Source: the human T2T-CHM13v2.0 reference genome, Homo sapiens. Taken from it: a stretch of 64,000 nucleotides of DNA. The translations under genes and the position numbers were made by a program. The first letter of the stretch is position 1. The number at the start of each line of letters is the position of its first letter. The stretch is taken from NCBI RefSeq assembly GCF_009914755.1, contig NC_060927.1; one strand, given 5' to 3'. The notes under the pieces were generated by a model. That model made no database searches and was not told where the DNA came from. It saw nothing but the letters and a program-made list of their open reading frames with translations. Shown here piece by piece: positions 14,236 to 27,736 of the stretch.

Positions 14236-17200
14236 GCCTGCCTGCTACTGCCTTCTTGGAAAGGCGTGAGAAGGAACAGGTGGTTGTGGCTCAGCTGATA
14301 GAGTTTGGCCTGGCCTCTGTTTTGGATGCTGGTGTTGGCAAGTTTGGAAGAGAGCTGAGGAGTAGGGCAACAGAGGAAAGACTTGAGAGAGGGGAGAAGT
14401 AGTGGGAAAAGGAATCCAGCAGCAGGGCTACCAGGGAGACAGGCTAGGGGAGACGAGAGATACCGGTCAGGAGCATGACGTGTTGCTCCTCATATCTCAG
14501 GGACTCCTCAGGAAAGCCACAGTTATACTCCCACTGCAGGGTATAAGAGTCTCGCAGCTCCACTGCCATGCAAATGTGCAAACACTTGGCATTGTCAAAG
14601 TTTCTAATGTCAGCCCTCCTGGCAGGTATCCCACTGTGGTTTTAATTTCCATTTTCCTCAAGTAAGAAGCTGTTGAGCACCTTTTCATGCATTTACTGGC
14701 CGCTTGGATCACTGCTCAAGTCACTAGCCCAGTTTTCTATTGAGTTGTCTGTCTTCTTCTATAGGTGTTAAATACGGCTGCAAGGTAGGCACAGGGTGAG
14801 ACCAGAGGCCACCCACAAGATTTAGGGACATCTGGATGGATCTAAAGGGGGTCTTTGCACAAATCACCAAGTCTTTCTAGCTTGGATGTTTTAGGAATCT
14901 TTGACCCTCATTCCTAGATTACAGGAAGGATTAAGGCAGGAGGTCTGGAGAAGAGAGGAAGGGAGGGCCAACAGATATCTGCTTCGTGTCCAGAGCCACT
15001 TCACCTTATTGTGCTGCAGCCACCCTTGTCTTCCCTGAACATGCCAAGCTTGTTTGCGCCTCAGGACCTTTGTATTTGTGCATGCAGTTCCTTGCAGGGC
15101 TGGCTCCTTCTCATCATTCAGGAAGTCTTCTCCGAGCATCTCAGCTGAGAGGGTGTCTCCCTCCCTCTCTATCCCCTGATTCTGCTTCATTCATTTTCAC
15201 TCCATGACCTAATTAGCATGCACATCTGTTTGTTGACATGTGCTTGGCTGGCTTGCCCATTAGAACTTAAGATCCATCAGGGCAAGGTCCTAGTCTCTGT
15301 CATGTTCACCACTGGGTCCTGAGGGCCTAAGGCAGTGCCTGGCACATAGTAGCTGCTCAGTAAACATTTGTTGAGTGAATGAGTGAACAAGTCTTAACAA
15401 CAACCCTGTTAGGTAGACACTGACTATGTGTTCATTTCCCAGATGAAGACACTGAGACTCAGAGCAAGTGGCTGAGCAGGAGTGGAACCCAGGTCTTTCT
15501 CACTCCATAGGTTGTCATTGCTCCCCTACCCCTCTCCAGCTTTCTTTCGGCTCTGGGGGTGGCAGTTCCATGAATTCTTACCCTGTCTTATGACTGGATT
15601 TCCTGGCTCGTGGATGAGTTGGGTAAGAGCAGCAGGAGAGACTGACTGTAGTTGGGGGGATTTTGGGGGCTGAGAGCCCTGTGATGAGGCCAGTGCATGA
15701 ACCGGATGCAGGGCAAGTTTACAAACCTAGGCCCACCTCAGTGGTCAAACCATCATGAGAGATGTCTCGAGAGATGTCCTGAAAGCCTCTTAGTCCAACC
15801 CCCAGCCAGAACAGGAACCCTTTTGACAGCAACCTTGATGGGGGCCCACCACCTCCCAGGGAAGTCCAGTCCAGTCTTGCCAAGCTCCAAGGGGAGCAAA
15901 AGCTACTGGGGCCTTCCCTGACCAGAGCTCAGCTGGCAGGCCGGGAGGCTGGGAGGCTGGGAGGCTGGGAGGCTGAGAGGGAAAGCCCAGCGCCTCCTAA
16001 CTGGGAATTCTGAGCACTGCTGGATGTGTGGCAAGAAATTAGGTTAAAGGAAGAATAATCAGCTCATTAACCCCCTTGCCAGACTCCACATGCTCACAGA
16101 GGCCTGCTTCTAAGCTACGCTGCTGACTGTCACTGCCTGCCGGGATCCGGGTGGAGTGGTACAAGTGAGATATTTTATTTATGTGTCATGCATATTTATT
16201 AGGAAGAGGTAAATAAATTAGCTGCCTGCCATCTGCAACCACCAGTGTACGCCAAGTTCCTTCCCTCCTCCTCCATCTTGGGAGGGGCCACACCAGCAAA
16301 GCCCAAACCCTGTGAAAAGGAGGGTCTCCTTTCTAGTCAGATTTCCTCCATAGTTTGAGCAGCCCTAGAATTAGAATTTTTCCAAGAGGAAATGGATGCC
16401 AGTTGCTATCCTAGACCACTTGCCAAAATCTGATCTTCCCAGCAACCCTGAAAGGTGGGCATATTGCCATCTGCATTTTATAGACAAAGACACTATGGCT
16501 CAGAGAGATCAGGTCACTTGCCCAGGTCACACAGTAGGTGAAGGGAGTAGCTCAGCTCAAGTCACAGAGGCCTAGGGACTTCTGTGACAAGCTGGAGAGA
16601 AAGGCTGGACCAGGAGGTGACTGCATTCTTGCTCTGACACTAGTTGCTGTGGGGTCCAGGCCGGTCCCATAACTCTCTTGGCCCTTCTCTATTGAAAGGG
16701 AAAATAAAACACAACAGAACAGACTCCACTTGGGGCTGTGTGGAGAATCAAGTCACCATTCATCCAAGTCCTGAGTGTCCTTCAAGCCCACCGTGGAGGC
16801 TCCTGACTCTGTGAAGGGGCCACACGACCCCCATCGCTGCCCCAGGCTTGCTGCGTGACTCTGTGCATATCAGTGGACCTCTTGGAGCCTCAGTTTCCTC
16901 CTCTGTAACATGGAAAAACAACTTGCGGGGAAGGGGTGCTCGCTACAAGGAAGAGGATTTCGCTGTGTGGAAATCCTTGTAAAACACGTGTCCAGTGGGA
17001 GGTAGGCAGCAGCCTGGGACCGCGGACTATGGGCGGAGGAGGGGCTCCAGAATGCCCAGTGGTGCTGCAGGGCCCAGAGAGGGGCCATAACTTGCCCAGG
17101 CTCGCACAGCAAATAGAGCTGTTGGGAGCCCTAGAACACCTGCCTCTCAGACGGCAGAGAAGGATCCCAGAGTACTGAGCCTGGATCTGAATCTTTTACG

Positions 17201-17431
17201 AAGCACCCATACATCTCCCCTGGAATCACTCCTGCCCGCAGCCCATAGACCCTGCCTCACTGCCTCGCTGCCTCTGCCTCCCTACAGGGTCTTTTCATTA
17301 AATTAAGTGCAGAATCTGATGCAATTGCTGTTGATTTTCCCCAAGGGGCCACCTGCCACCTCTTTCCAGGATGCCTGCAGGGCCAGGACTGAGGCAAGGC
17401 ACTCACACACCCACAAACAAATATTATGGAG

Positions 17432-17731
17432 TTGTTTTTTGTTGTGGTTTTTTGAGATGGAGTCTCGCTCTGTTGCTGAGGCTGGAGTGCAGTGGCACGA
17501 TCTCAGCTCACTGCAAGCTTTGCCTCCCGGGTTCAAACGATTCTCCTGTCTGTCTCCCGAGTAGCCGGGACTACACTCACCCGCCACCATGCCCAGCTAA
17601 TTTTTATATTTTTGGTAGAGATGGGGTTTCACCATATTGACCAGGCTGATCTTGAACTCCTGACCTCGTGATGCACCTGCCTCGGCCTCCCAAAGGGCTG
17701 GTATTACAGGCGTGAGCCACCACGCCTGGCC
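17432..17731 (-). mobile_element. AluS
   Basis: Antisense Alu with TSD atattatggag at 17421-17431 and 17732-17742. Confidence 0.92.
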
Positions 17732-19802
17732 ATATTATGGAGATTTCAGCATAAAATATTATTTTTAAAGGTGTTTGATTTAATATATTTGAGCCTGATG
17801 TTAGTGAGCCCCCATGGGGCCCACACAGCCTCCATATAGCTCTGGGAGGTAGAATTGGCCCATTTCACACGTAAAGGGCAGTTCAGAGCAGACACAGGCC
17901 CATTAGGCCCCCACTTCTGGGACCGAGGCAGCTGGAGGGGAAAGGGACTGCAGCTGGGCAGAGCCACCTTGTCCTAGGGTGACTGTCAGAGGAAACAGAC
18001 GTGAGCTGCAAGGAGGAGGCAGGCTAGGCTTAAAGGAGACCAGAGAGCAGCTCCAGTGAACTCTGCACAGCGAACAAACCTCAGCCCCCCAGCTTCCTTC
18101 AGGAGGAATATACACAGCTAGCTCAACCAAGCACCCACTGCATACCAGGCACTGACTGTCACACTGGCTCATTTAACTCTCACCACCTCTCCAGCAGAAA
18201 GGTACCATTTTTATTCCATTTTACAGATGAGGAAATGGAGGGTCCCTTCAGCCTAAAGATGACAGAGTCAGAGGGGACAGCAGGTGCAAGGTCTCAGGAA
18301 TGAGAAATCAGGTCCCACATCAGCCCCCCAGCTTAAAGCACAACAAAGGTTTCCCATGATGCTCAGAAGAAACCCAAATTCCTTCCATTGGCCTGGCACC
18401 CCGGCTAAGCTCTCTGCCCTTACCCCATTTCACTCTCCGGCTTTCTCACAGCATGGCAACCACACTGGCCTCCGTTCTTCAAACACACCAGGTGCACTCT
18501 TGCCCCAGGGCCTTTGCTCCTGTGGTTCCCTCTACCTGGACCACTTTTCTTCCAGGTCTTCCCTTGGTTGGGCCCCACACAAATGTCACCTCCTCTAGAA
18601 GGCCCTCCCTGACTACCCCATCAACTTCTATCATTCATCCCCTTGCCCTGTCCTCCAAACAGCACTTCTTCCCCCAGTGAACTCTTACTTATTTGTCCCG
18701 TTTCTGGTCCATCTTCTCTGCTCCACAAGAATAAAGACTCAGTCTTATTCACTACTGTACCCCAGCACTTAGTGACTGGCATGTGCGAGTTAAACAGTTG
18801 TAGAATGACTGAAAGAAGAAAAAAGGAATCTGCCTGCAGGGCTGGGTGCCAGGGCCAGGAGGCAGGCAGGAGAGGCAGCAAATGCCTAGGTTCGGGCAAT
18901 GGTGACAACAGCCCTGCCCTCCCCCGGAGGCTGGTTCCCTGAATCAAAGGTGCTGGGGTTAAGGGCACTTCCCAGAGGAAGTGGGGAGGCCTCATGGAAT
19001 GTAGAGAGGGATAAATGGCCTAGAACATGAGGAATAGCCATACTCCAGGAGATTATGTGGCCCTTAAAAATGACAAGTGTAAGAAATAACATCTGCGGGG
19101 GGAAAGCCTATATGAATTGCATGATAGACTGATGGCAGCCCCAGGAAACGTAAGTCTTACTGCAGCCTTATTTAAAAAGCCCAGTGCTGAGACAACCTTG
19201 ATGTCCAACCATGGGGGAACAGGTAAATAAACCATGCCTGGAATGACCACTCCATGATGCATTCTGCCACTCAAGGGCTTTTAATAATCCAGGGAAATAC
19301 TGATCCTATAAAGCCAGGTGAAGAAAAAACAAAACATAAAATAATGTGTGTGGTATGACAGCAACAAAAATAAATGATAGATAAAAGACTGAAAGGAAAT
19401 ACACCAGAGTGGCCCTGGGGAGGGGGCAGGTGGAGGATGATTTTCATTTTCTTCTTCGTCTTTATTTTCAAAATAGTCTATATTTAACAACAATTACATG
19501 CTTAATCTGAGAAAAAGTCATTTCACTTAAGAGGATTTATTTTCTTAAAAATAGCCAGAAGCCAGAGAAATGTGTCCATATCAGTTCTGTATGGAGAAGG
19601 AGGTCCACTGCATGGCAATGTCTTTGTTTATTGATGTCGCTGTGTTTAATTATTAAAACTAGTTTAAATGTCCAACAAACATCTTATGTGGTTTTATAAA
19701 ATTAGAAATGTAGAAAAAGGAGGAACCATGAAACTGGCCAACAGGAGGGCCAAGAGTCCAATCCTAGCTCAGGTACTAAGTTAGGCAAAACTTTTCTCTT
19801 TT

Positions 19803-20123
<321 letters not shown>

Positions 20124-22187
20124 TTAACTGTCCCTGCCTCCCATTGTTTGGTAGGATTGTGGCCTCTACAGAAAGGGTTGTGCCTGTGCCCAGCACATGG
20201 TAGTAAATGCTGGGTGCGCTCTGCCCTCCAAGACCCCAGCTCAGGGTCCTTCCAACTACTATACTCCCAACAGGTAGGCAGGGCTCCTCCTCAAATCTTT
20301 TCAATCTTGCACTCCGTCTATAAAAAATGTGCATTCCTCTGCAGTGACATATACATATTATTCATAAAGTAGCCATGTATTACTATATTTGCATATCATG
20401 CACATTATACAACATACCCAAAAAGAGAAACAAATTAAACTGTGATAGAAGATAAATGTAAATGGAAGCTCTTCATATTTGTTCCCAACCTCCTCCTCAG
20501 GAGACTGTCCTGGGCATGGCTCCTGCACCCAACCTGGGAGACCGTTAGCTCTGTCTGTGAGTTCCTGGAGGGCAGAGTTCACTGAGGTCTTAGTCACTGC
20601 TCTGGTCCCAACAAACTGTTGGCACTCAGTCAAGAGTTGTTTAGTGAGCTCTGTGGTTCAGCCTGGTTTATATTAGAAGAAACAAAAGAACAGCAAAAAG
20701 CAAGTCACTCAAGCCAGAGTCTGACTCCTTGGGTGTGAGGAACCCCGGCCTCCCCTGGGACCCTGGGCCACCCTCTCTCCTTCTCTGGACACTGTCTCCC
20801 TACCTACTACCCAGGAGAGCCAAACTGAGTGGTCTCTGAGAATAGGTCCTTTCTGCTGTCCTCAGACATCAGCCTCAAGCCCCTCCCCACTCACTCAAGG
20901 TGGGTGGCCTCTCCTGGGACCCAGGTGGCCACTGATGTGTACCCTTCTGGGGTCCAGCCTCACTGTAAAATACAGCTGCACCCACCTGCCTGCCCTTCAG
21001 GACTCCCGCCGGCCCAGAGCCAGCTGCCCACAAACCCCTGGATATAAATCTTGAGGCTCAGTTCCGTCAGCACAGAAGGCAAGCAGTAAATTTAAGGCTC
21101 CAGGGTCTCTGGCAGGAAAGCTTCCTGGGAGAATTCATTTTTCACCCTAGAAAAATTACCATCCCTGGATGAGAGAGGGGAAGCATTTGCTCATTTGGTT
21201 GAAAAGTGGTTGTTTGAAGGGCCCCCCACACCTCCCACACAGGGGATTCCCCAGCAAGCTTCTAGCTGGCTCCCAGCTTCCAGGGCTATCCATCCAGGGA
21301 CCTCCAAGACAGGGGCCTCATGGCGGGCCCCTCACACCCAGCCCCCCAAAACCTGCCTCCATCCCTCTCCTCCAGGCTGTGGTCTCCACCCCACTGAGCA
21401 GAGGCCTGGGGCTGAACAGAAAGCGCCTACTCACTCGGGACCTTGAACAAGCAAAACCATCTCAAGTCTTTATCCTTTTTGCAAACTCACACAAATCCTA
21501 AGTGGGAGCATAAACTGGAACAGCCTTCTTGGGGAGCCATGCAACACCAGGCACTAGACACAACCTATTTCTTTAGCTAGAGAACGGGTGCACTGGGGAC
21601 GTCTTTATGTTGCTCTTTAAAAAATACAAATGTACCCATCACTCTTCGTTGTGTACAATATACCTCGTGATAAAACAGCAAAGTGTAGAAATGCATGATA
21701 GTACACAACTATTTGTCTAAAAAGGGGGAAAGATGTATTCACAGTTGCTTCTATAGGCATAGAAGAAATTTCTAGAAGGACAGTCTAGAAATGGATGATG
21801 GTAGTTGTTGCCTACCATGGGAGAGGTGGGGACTAGCAGATGGAAGACAGGGGTTGGAGAAAGGTTCTTCAAGGATGTGTTTTGAGATTTTTTTTACCTG
21901 AACAATGTGACTGAGTTCTCAGGCCAATCCCCTATAGACAGTTGGTTTATTCCTTTTTAAAAGTTTATTGACACTGCAACAAATGTCCTTATTCATGTTG
22001 TCTAGTGCGTCTGTGATAGGTTTTTCTCTAGAATAGATACTTGGAGAAGGAACGGCCGGGTCAAAGAGTGTCAGCACTTGCCATATCGACAGGTAACTGT
22101 CAAACTAACCTCCACGATAGCACTACCCACTTATTGTAGATGTCAGCCTCTACTTCCCCCACAATCCCACCAACACTACAGACTACA

Positions 22188-22502
22188 CTTTTTTTTTTTT
22201 TTTTTTTTTGAGACAAGGTCTCACTCTGTTGCCCAGGCTGGAGTGTAGTGGTATGACCATGGCTCACTGCAGCCTCAACCCCACATCTCAACCTCCCTGC
22301 TCAAGCAATCCTCCCATCTCAGCCTCCCAAGTAGCTAGGACTACAGGCATGAACCATCACACCTGGCCACTTTTTGTATTTTTTGTAGAGATGAGGTCTC
22401 ACCGTGTTACCTAGGCTGGTCTCAAACTCCTAGGTTCAAGTGATCCTCCTGCCTCACCTCCCAAAGTGGTGGGATTACAGGGGTGAGCCACCACACCCAG
22501 CT
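22188..22502 (-). mobile_element. AluJ within an antisense L1 remnant
   Basis: Poly-T followed by a diverged Alu (ggctcactgcagcctcaacc...). Confidence 0.9.
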
Positions 22503-25239
22503 AAACACCACAAATTTTAAAATTTCCCATTAAAATTGATATTGCATGTGGCTTTTATGAGTGTTTTCCTAATGCTAACAGAATAATCCCTGAGAAGGTG
22601 AGGCTGGCCTTCTTTCAGCCCTTTCTGGCCACCTGTGTTTCCTCTTCTAATCGCTGCCTGCTCAGGCCTGTTCCCAGGCTCCTGGATGCTTACTTTTCTT
22701 ATTGATTTGCAGATCTTTGTGTACTCAGATATCATTCTTTATCTGGGATGTAGGTTGTAAATACCACTCCTCCTCATCTGTGTCTTGTCTTTGAACCTTC
22801 TGAATGATTTCTTTTGTTATACAAAATGTTTTACTTTTTATTTTCCAATTTTTCAATCATTTTCTTCATCACATCTGCATTTGGACTTTTTCTCTCATCT
22901 GATAAGGCTGATACCCCGCCTTGCAGGGTTATTACAAGGAGTAGAGAGAGAATGAATAAGGCTCCCAGAAATGCTGAGCAAATGCTCCTAACATAGCAAG
23001 GACGGTCATTTCAGGGGTCGCCCTGCCTCCACTTGCTTCTCTCCCTCTAATAGCCAGCAGGAGCTTTCTGAAGATGTCACTCTTGCTTGAAAACCTTTCA
23101 ACCGCCTAACGAGGATGAAGCTCAAATTCATCTAGCAAGTGAGTTCAAAGTCTCAAATACAAAGGCCTCTACCAGCTGAGCAGGTGATTAAGTGTATAAA
23201 GGGGCTGGGTGGAGAGTACCACAATGTGCCCCCAGGGGGAAAGCAAAAATGCAAACCCAGGGTTGCCCGATCTTCCAAAGAAAGCAGTAAATCTACATTT
23301 TTTTATGTGAACGTTCTACTCCATTGAAAACTTACTGGTAACTGATTTTTTAAGCCACTATCAGAGTCAAACAAGACCCACCTGTGAGCCAGATGTGGCT
23401 ATCTCTGCCCTCCACAATCTGGCCCCAACCCACCTCTGCAGAGTCGTCCCTCCACATGTGCACCTCACACAGCTAACAGGCCAGTCACACTACTCAGATG
23501 TGGGCACAGCACACTTCTCTCCACTCTGTGCTTTTGCACATGCTGATCCCTCTGCCTTAAATGCCTTTCCCTGCTCTTTCCTTCTGGCCAACTCTCAACT
23601 TCATCTTGAAAACCTAGATCAAATGTCAACTCCAATTCCCCAGCCCCAGACAGAATTCCACGCTCCTTCCCTGAGTGCCCGCCCCATCACTCCTGTGGTA
23701 TTAATATTCCCTGTATGATCTTGAGCACCATACTTCCAGGAGAAGCTGCCTGAGGACACAGGAAGAGCCTTGGCTTGGCAGAAAGACATTCCTGGGGTGA
23801 AATCCCCACTCGGCCACTTCCCAGCAGCGCATCTTTGGGCAATTGACTTAACCTCTCTGTGCTTCAGGTTCTCAATTATGAGATGGAAATAATCAGACCT
23901 ACGCTCAGTCAGGCTTCTGGGAAGATAAATGAAATGATATAAAAGAAGTATCTAGAATGCAACAGGGGCTTAATAATGGTTTATGCAATGAAAGAACAAA
24001 TGGAATAAAGAATGACTATTTCCTCAGAGTTCTATAGACTCAGCAAATGGAAAAGTTAGCTAACTTTCTGGAAGGGAGCCTGGGTTTTAGCCAAACCGTG
24101 CCTCTTGCCTTCTTTTCCAACCTCCTGATTTCAGAGAAAGCTGTGGGCCCTCTATCTCCCAGTGCCAGGCACCCTGAGGACCTTCTGGGAGTACACGCCA
24201 TTCAAGGGCAAGGACTACACAGGAGTGAGTCCCAGTAGGTAAACTGAGGCAGACCAGATGTCAAGAAAAGTAGAGAAGAGATGTAAGTACCTGGTGCCCA
24301 GGAGGCACATCAAGAGGAAGGGAAGCAGCAGCAGCCTCTCGGGCCTCTGTATCCACATCTGTCTGCTCTGTTCTGTGAGATCTAGGACCTTGTCTATCTA
24401 CTTCAGCTCTGTATTCTGATGTCTGGCACATAGCAGGTACCCAAAAAAGTCTAATGATTGAATGGATGACTTTAAGTAATATGAATAAGGCTGCTCAGTA
24501 AAATGTAAATGGCCACGTGAATGCATCCAGCAGCTCCACATAGAGGGGCATCTCTGCCCCCTCCACACTCGGGCCTGTCCTAGCTGCTCCCAGGCTGGGT
24601 CCTTGAGCTCAGCTCAGAGTTGGAGTGGGGGAACTTTCAGAGAAAGGATGACAGATAGGACCATGCAGAAGTAAGTGCCTGAGAGGCTGATGATCCATGG
24701 GGCCTTCCAGGGCTCTGAGGCTCCACAGCTTCCACCCTGGGAGGTGCCATCCAAGTTTAAAGAGCCCCGAGGCCGAGTCTCCTGCCAGCAGACCTGCATG
24801 GACAGGCTCTGTGTCTCCAGCTGGTAAAGGAGTCGGGGAAAGAAAGAGGGTGGGAGGCCATCAGGCCCTGGGAAGCCTCTTTAAACAGTCGACCCCACAC
24901 ACTCCACTGAAGAAACCGGGCTCAGAGAGGAGAGAACTTGCCCAAGGTCGCCTACCAGGACGTGGACCCATGTTTAGCTGTCCTCACGGTTTGGGCTCTT
25001 TTCCCTGGCCAGATATTAGGAGACCCAATTCCCAGCACCGGCGGGAGTGTTTGATGTCACACATGAAGCTCTGGGTTTCCAGGCACCCAACAAGCCACGC
25101 TTCCCCTGACTCCTTGTGGTGGCCTAGCACAAAGAATAGGCTGCTACCTCCATTTCCCCATCTGCAGTCTAGTGTCTTGCTTGACCCTGTTCTTTGGAAT
25201 TCTGGCCCCAAAACCCCGTGATCCTTGTTCTTGGCCAGG

Positions 25240-25404
25240 ATCCTCCTCCCAGAGCAAAAACATGGAGCCACAATGCTGCTGCTGTCTGACTAGCATCCTC
25301 TTCCCAGACCAAGGACTTGGAGCCACAATGCTACCACCATCTGACTCGTGCCCTTCTCCCAGAACAAGGACACGGAGCCACAATGCTGCCACCATCTAAC
25401 TTGA
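25240..25404. repeat. Tandem repeat, 3 x 55 bp, diverged
   Basis: The core ggagccacaatgct recurs at 25264, 25319 and 25374 (period 55). Confidence 0.9.
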
Positions 25405-27319
25405 GTATTTTCTGCTCCACTGATCGCACCCCTGCCTGGTACACTCATAGGCCAGGACAAGCCTGGTGTCACCACACACGTGGACACCACTGGGAACTAA
25501 TGTCATCCCCAACCCAGCCCAGCCTGGCCTGGATTTTCCCAGCCGCTGGGGTCTCAGCCCAGCACAGCTCAGGTGCCAAGTTCCTGACACCCTTGTCTGC
25601 CTGGGGAGCACAGTATTTGTCTCTGCTTTTGGCTTACATCTTGAGAGAATATTATTTGTATTATGGAGAAAAAAACATTCCTGAGATAAATATTTGCTCC
25701 AAAAGCCACTCCGACTTTCCTCTGACTCAGTGTCTTGTCTGGTTTCTCAGACACAGGCCTAGGGGCCTCCCCACTGGGCCATGAACATGACTGATCCTCA
25801 TGGCTCCCGCTTCCGGCAACGCAAGAATCAAACGAGGACAACTTACGACCATTTGCTGTGTGCATCACCAAGCCTCGTTCAGTCCAGGCCAGTGGACAGA
25901 AGGCATCACACAAACGAGTGACACAGTCACCATGTGGGTCCAGAGCTCCTATAGTTCTCCCAAGATGACCCTGAACATGGGTTTTGTGTGACAAACCAGC
26001 AACGATGCCACCCCATGGTTCACGAGGCGCAGGCCATCCTCCCTTCTCACAGTTCCAGTGCGCTACAGGTTGACAACATCCCTCATACTCCGGAGGCTAA
26101 AGGCATTGAGGTTCCTCGATAGGGATGCTGCTGGCATTTGGGGTGGAGAGTTCTTTGGGCAGGACTGTCCTGGATATGCCAGAGACATAGCATCTCTGGT
26201 ACCCTCCCACTAAAGGCCAGCAGCCCTGCTGTGATTGTGACAACACAAAGACACCCCCACCCAGGCCCAAAGAGTTGAGAGCTAGGCTCTAGTCCAAACT
26301 TTCAAACCACACCCCCAGTGAAAGCTCATCCAAGCTCTATTTGCATGACCCTGATGGTGGGGGACTCACCCTTCTCAAAGCCCCCAGCCCATCCCTAGCC
26401 AACTGTGACCAGCAGAAAGCCTTTCACTGCAGTTGCTGCCTCCCTGTGACTCCTCTCCTGGCGAGGTGCAGCCCTGCCTTTTGGGGGCCTAGACCTGCCT
26501 GTTCTCTGTGCCTGGGATGGCCCTGAAGAGACCTGGTCTCCCCAGCCCTCAAGTACTGCTCTGAGCCCTCCCAGGACAGGTGCTCTGTCTCTCTGCCTCT
26601 GACTCTGGTCTGTCCCTATCCCTCTCCCAGGGTAGCAGGTACAGCAAACAATTGTCTCTTTCACAGTCTTGCTAAACACTGGCCCAGTCTGTGCTGGGAG
26701 CTAAGGGGTCCTGGCCCTCCCTCAGCCCTGCCCCGGGCTCTGGGGATATGGATCAGATGCCCCAGGAGGAAGAGCAGACTCGGGGCACGTGTGTAGGGAA
26801 GCGGTGACGTGCTGCCACACCGAGGGCAGAGGCTGGGAGCAGGCGTGACTCCCAGTGGCAGCCTTCCTTCCCTGGGGAAAGAGGCGCTCCCTCACCTTGC
26901 CTGAGGCCTGTCTGGAGAGTCCCAGACTGAGACTCAGTCTCTTGGGATCAACACTCAACACATGGGTGAATCCTGGGGAGGGAGAGGAGCTCCACTTGGG
27001 CCAGGGCAGGGCCACTCTAGGACTAGGACAATCACATCCAAAGGACCCTGCAGGAGCCACATGGAAACCTTAGCCCTCATTCACTTCCCAGTGGTTAAAA
27101 GCACAGCCTCTAGCCTGGGTTCAAATCCCAGCTTTGCCCCTTAGCTGCTGTGTGCCCTCAGGCAAGTCACTCAACATTTCTGCCTCAGTTTCCTCATCTG
27201 AAAAGTGAGATTAAGTATAGTACCTACCTCACAGGGTTGTTATGAAAATTAAAATAGTTAACATATAAAGCGCTTAGCCTGCATGGAGTAAACCATTAAT
27301 AATGGTTAGCTGTTATTAT

Positions 27320-27736
27320 TATTATTAAACAGAGTCTCACCCTGTCACCCAGGCCAAAGCACAGTGGCGCAATCACAGTTCACTGCAGCCTAGAACTCCT
27401 GGGCTCAAGTGACGTTCCCACCTCAGCCTCCCGAGTAGCTGGGACCACAGGTGTGTGCCACTACACCCGACTAATTTTTGTATTTTTTTGTAGAGATGGT
27501 GTCTCACTATGTTGCCCAGGCTGGGCTAGAACTCCTGGGCTCAAGTGATCCTCCCACCTCAGCCTCCTGAGTAGCTGGGACTACAGATGTGCGCCACCAC
27601 ACCCAGCTAATTTTTGTGCTTTTGTAGAGATGATGTCTATGTTGCCCAGGCTGGTCTAGAACTCCTGGCCTCAGATGGTCCTCCTGCCTCAACCTCCCAA
27701 AGCGCTGGGATTACAGGTGTGTGCCCAGCGCCCGGC
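27320..27736 (-). mobile_element. AluJ with internal duplication (trimer-like)
   Basis: The segment ctagaactcctgggctcaagtga...cacctcagcctcc.gagtagctggga..acag....taatttttgt occurs twice in tandem. Confidence 0.8.

Noticed and set aside
25240-25404. Regularly spaced conserved core resembling a CRISPR array
   Set aside because: The intervening sequences are homologous to each other, so this is a tandem repeat. The DNA is eukaryotic and there are no cas genes.
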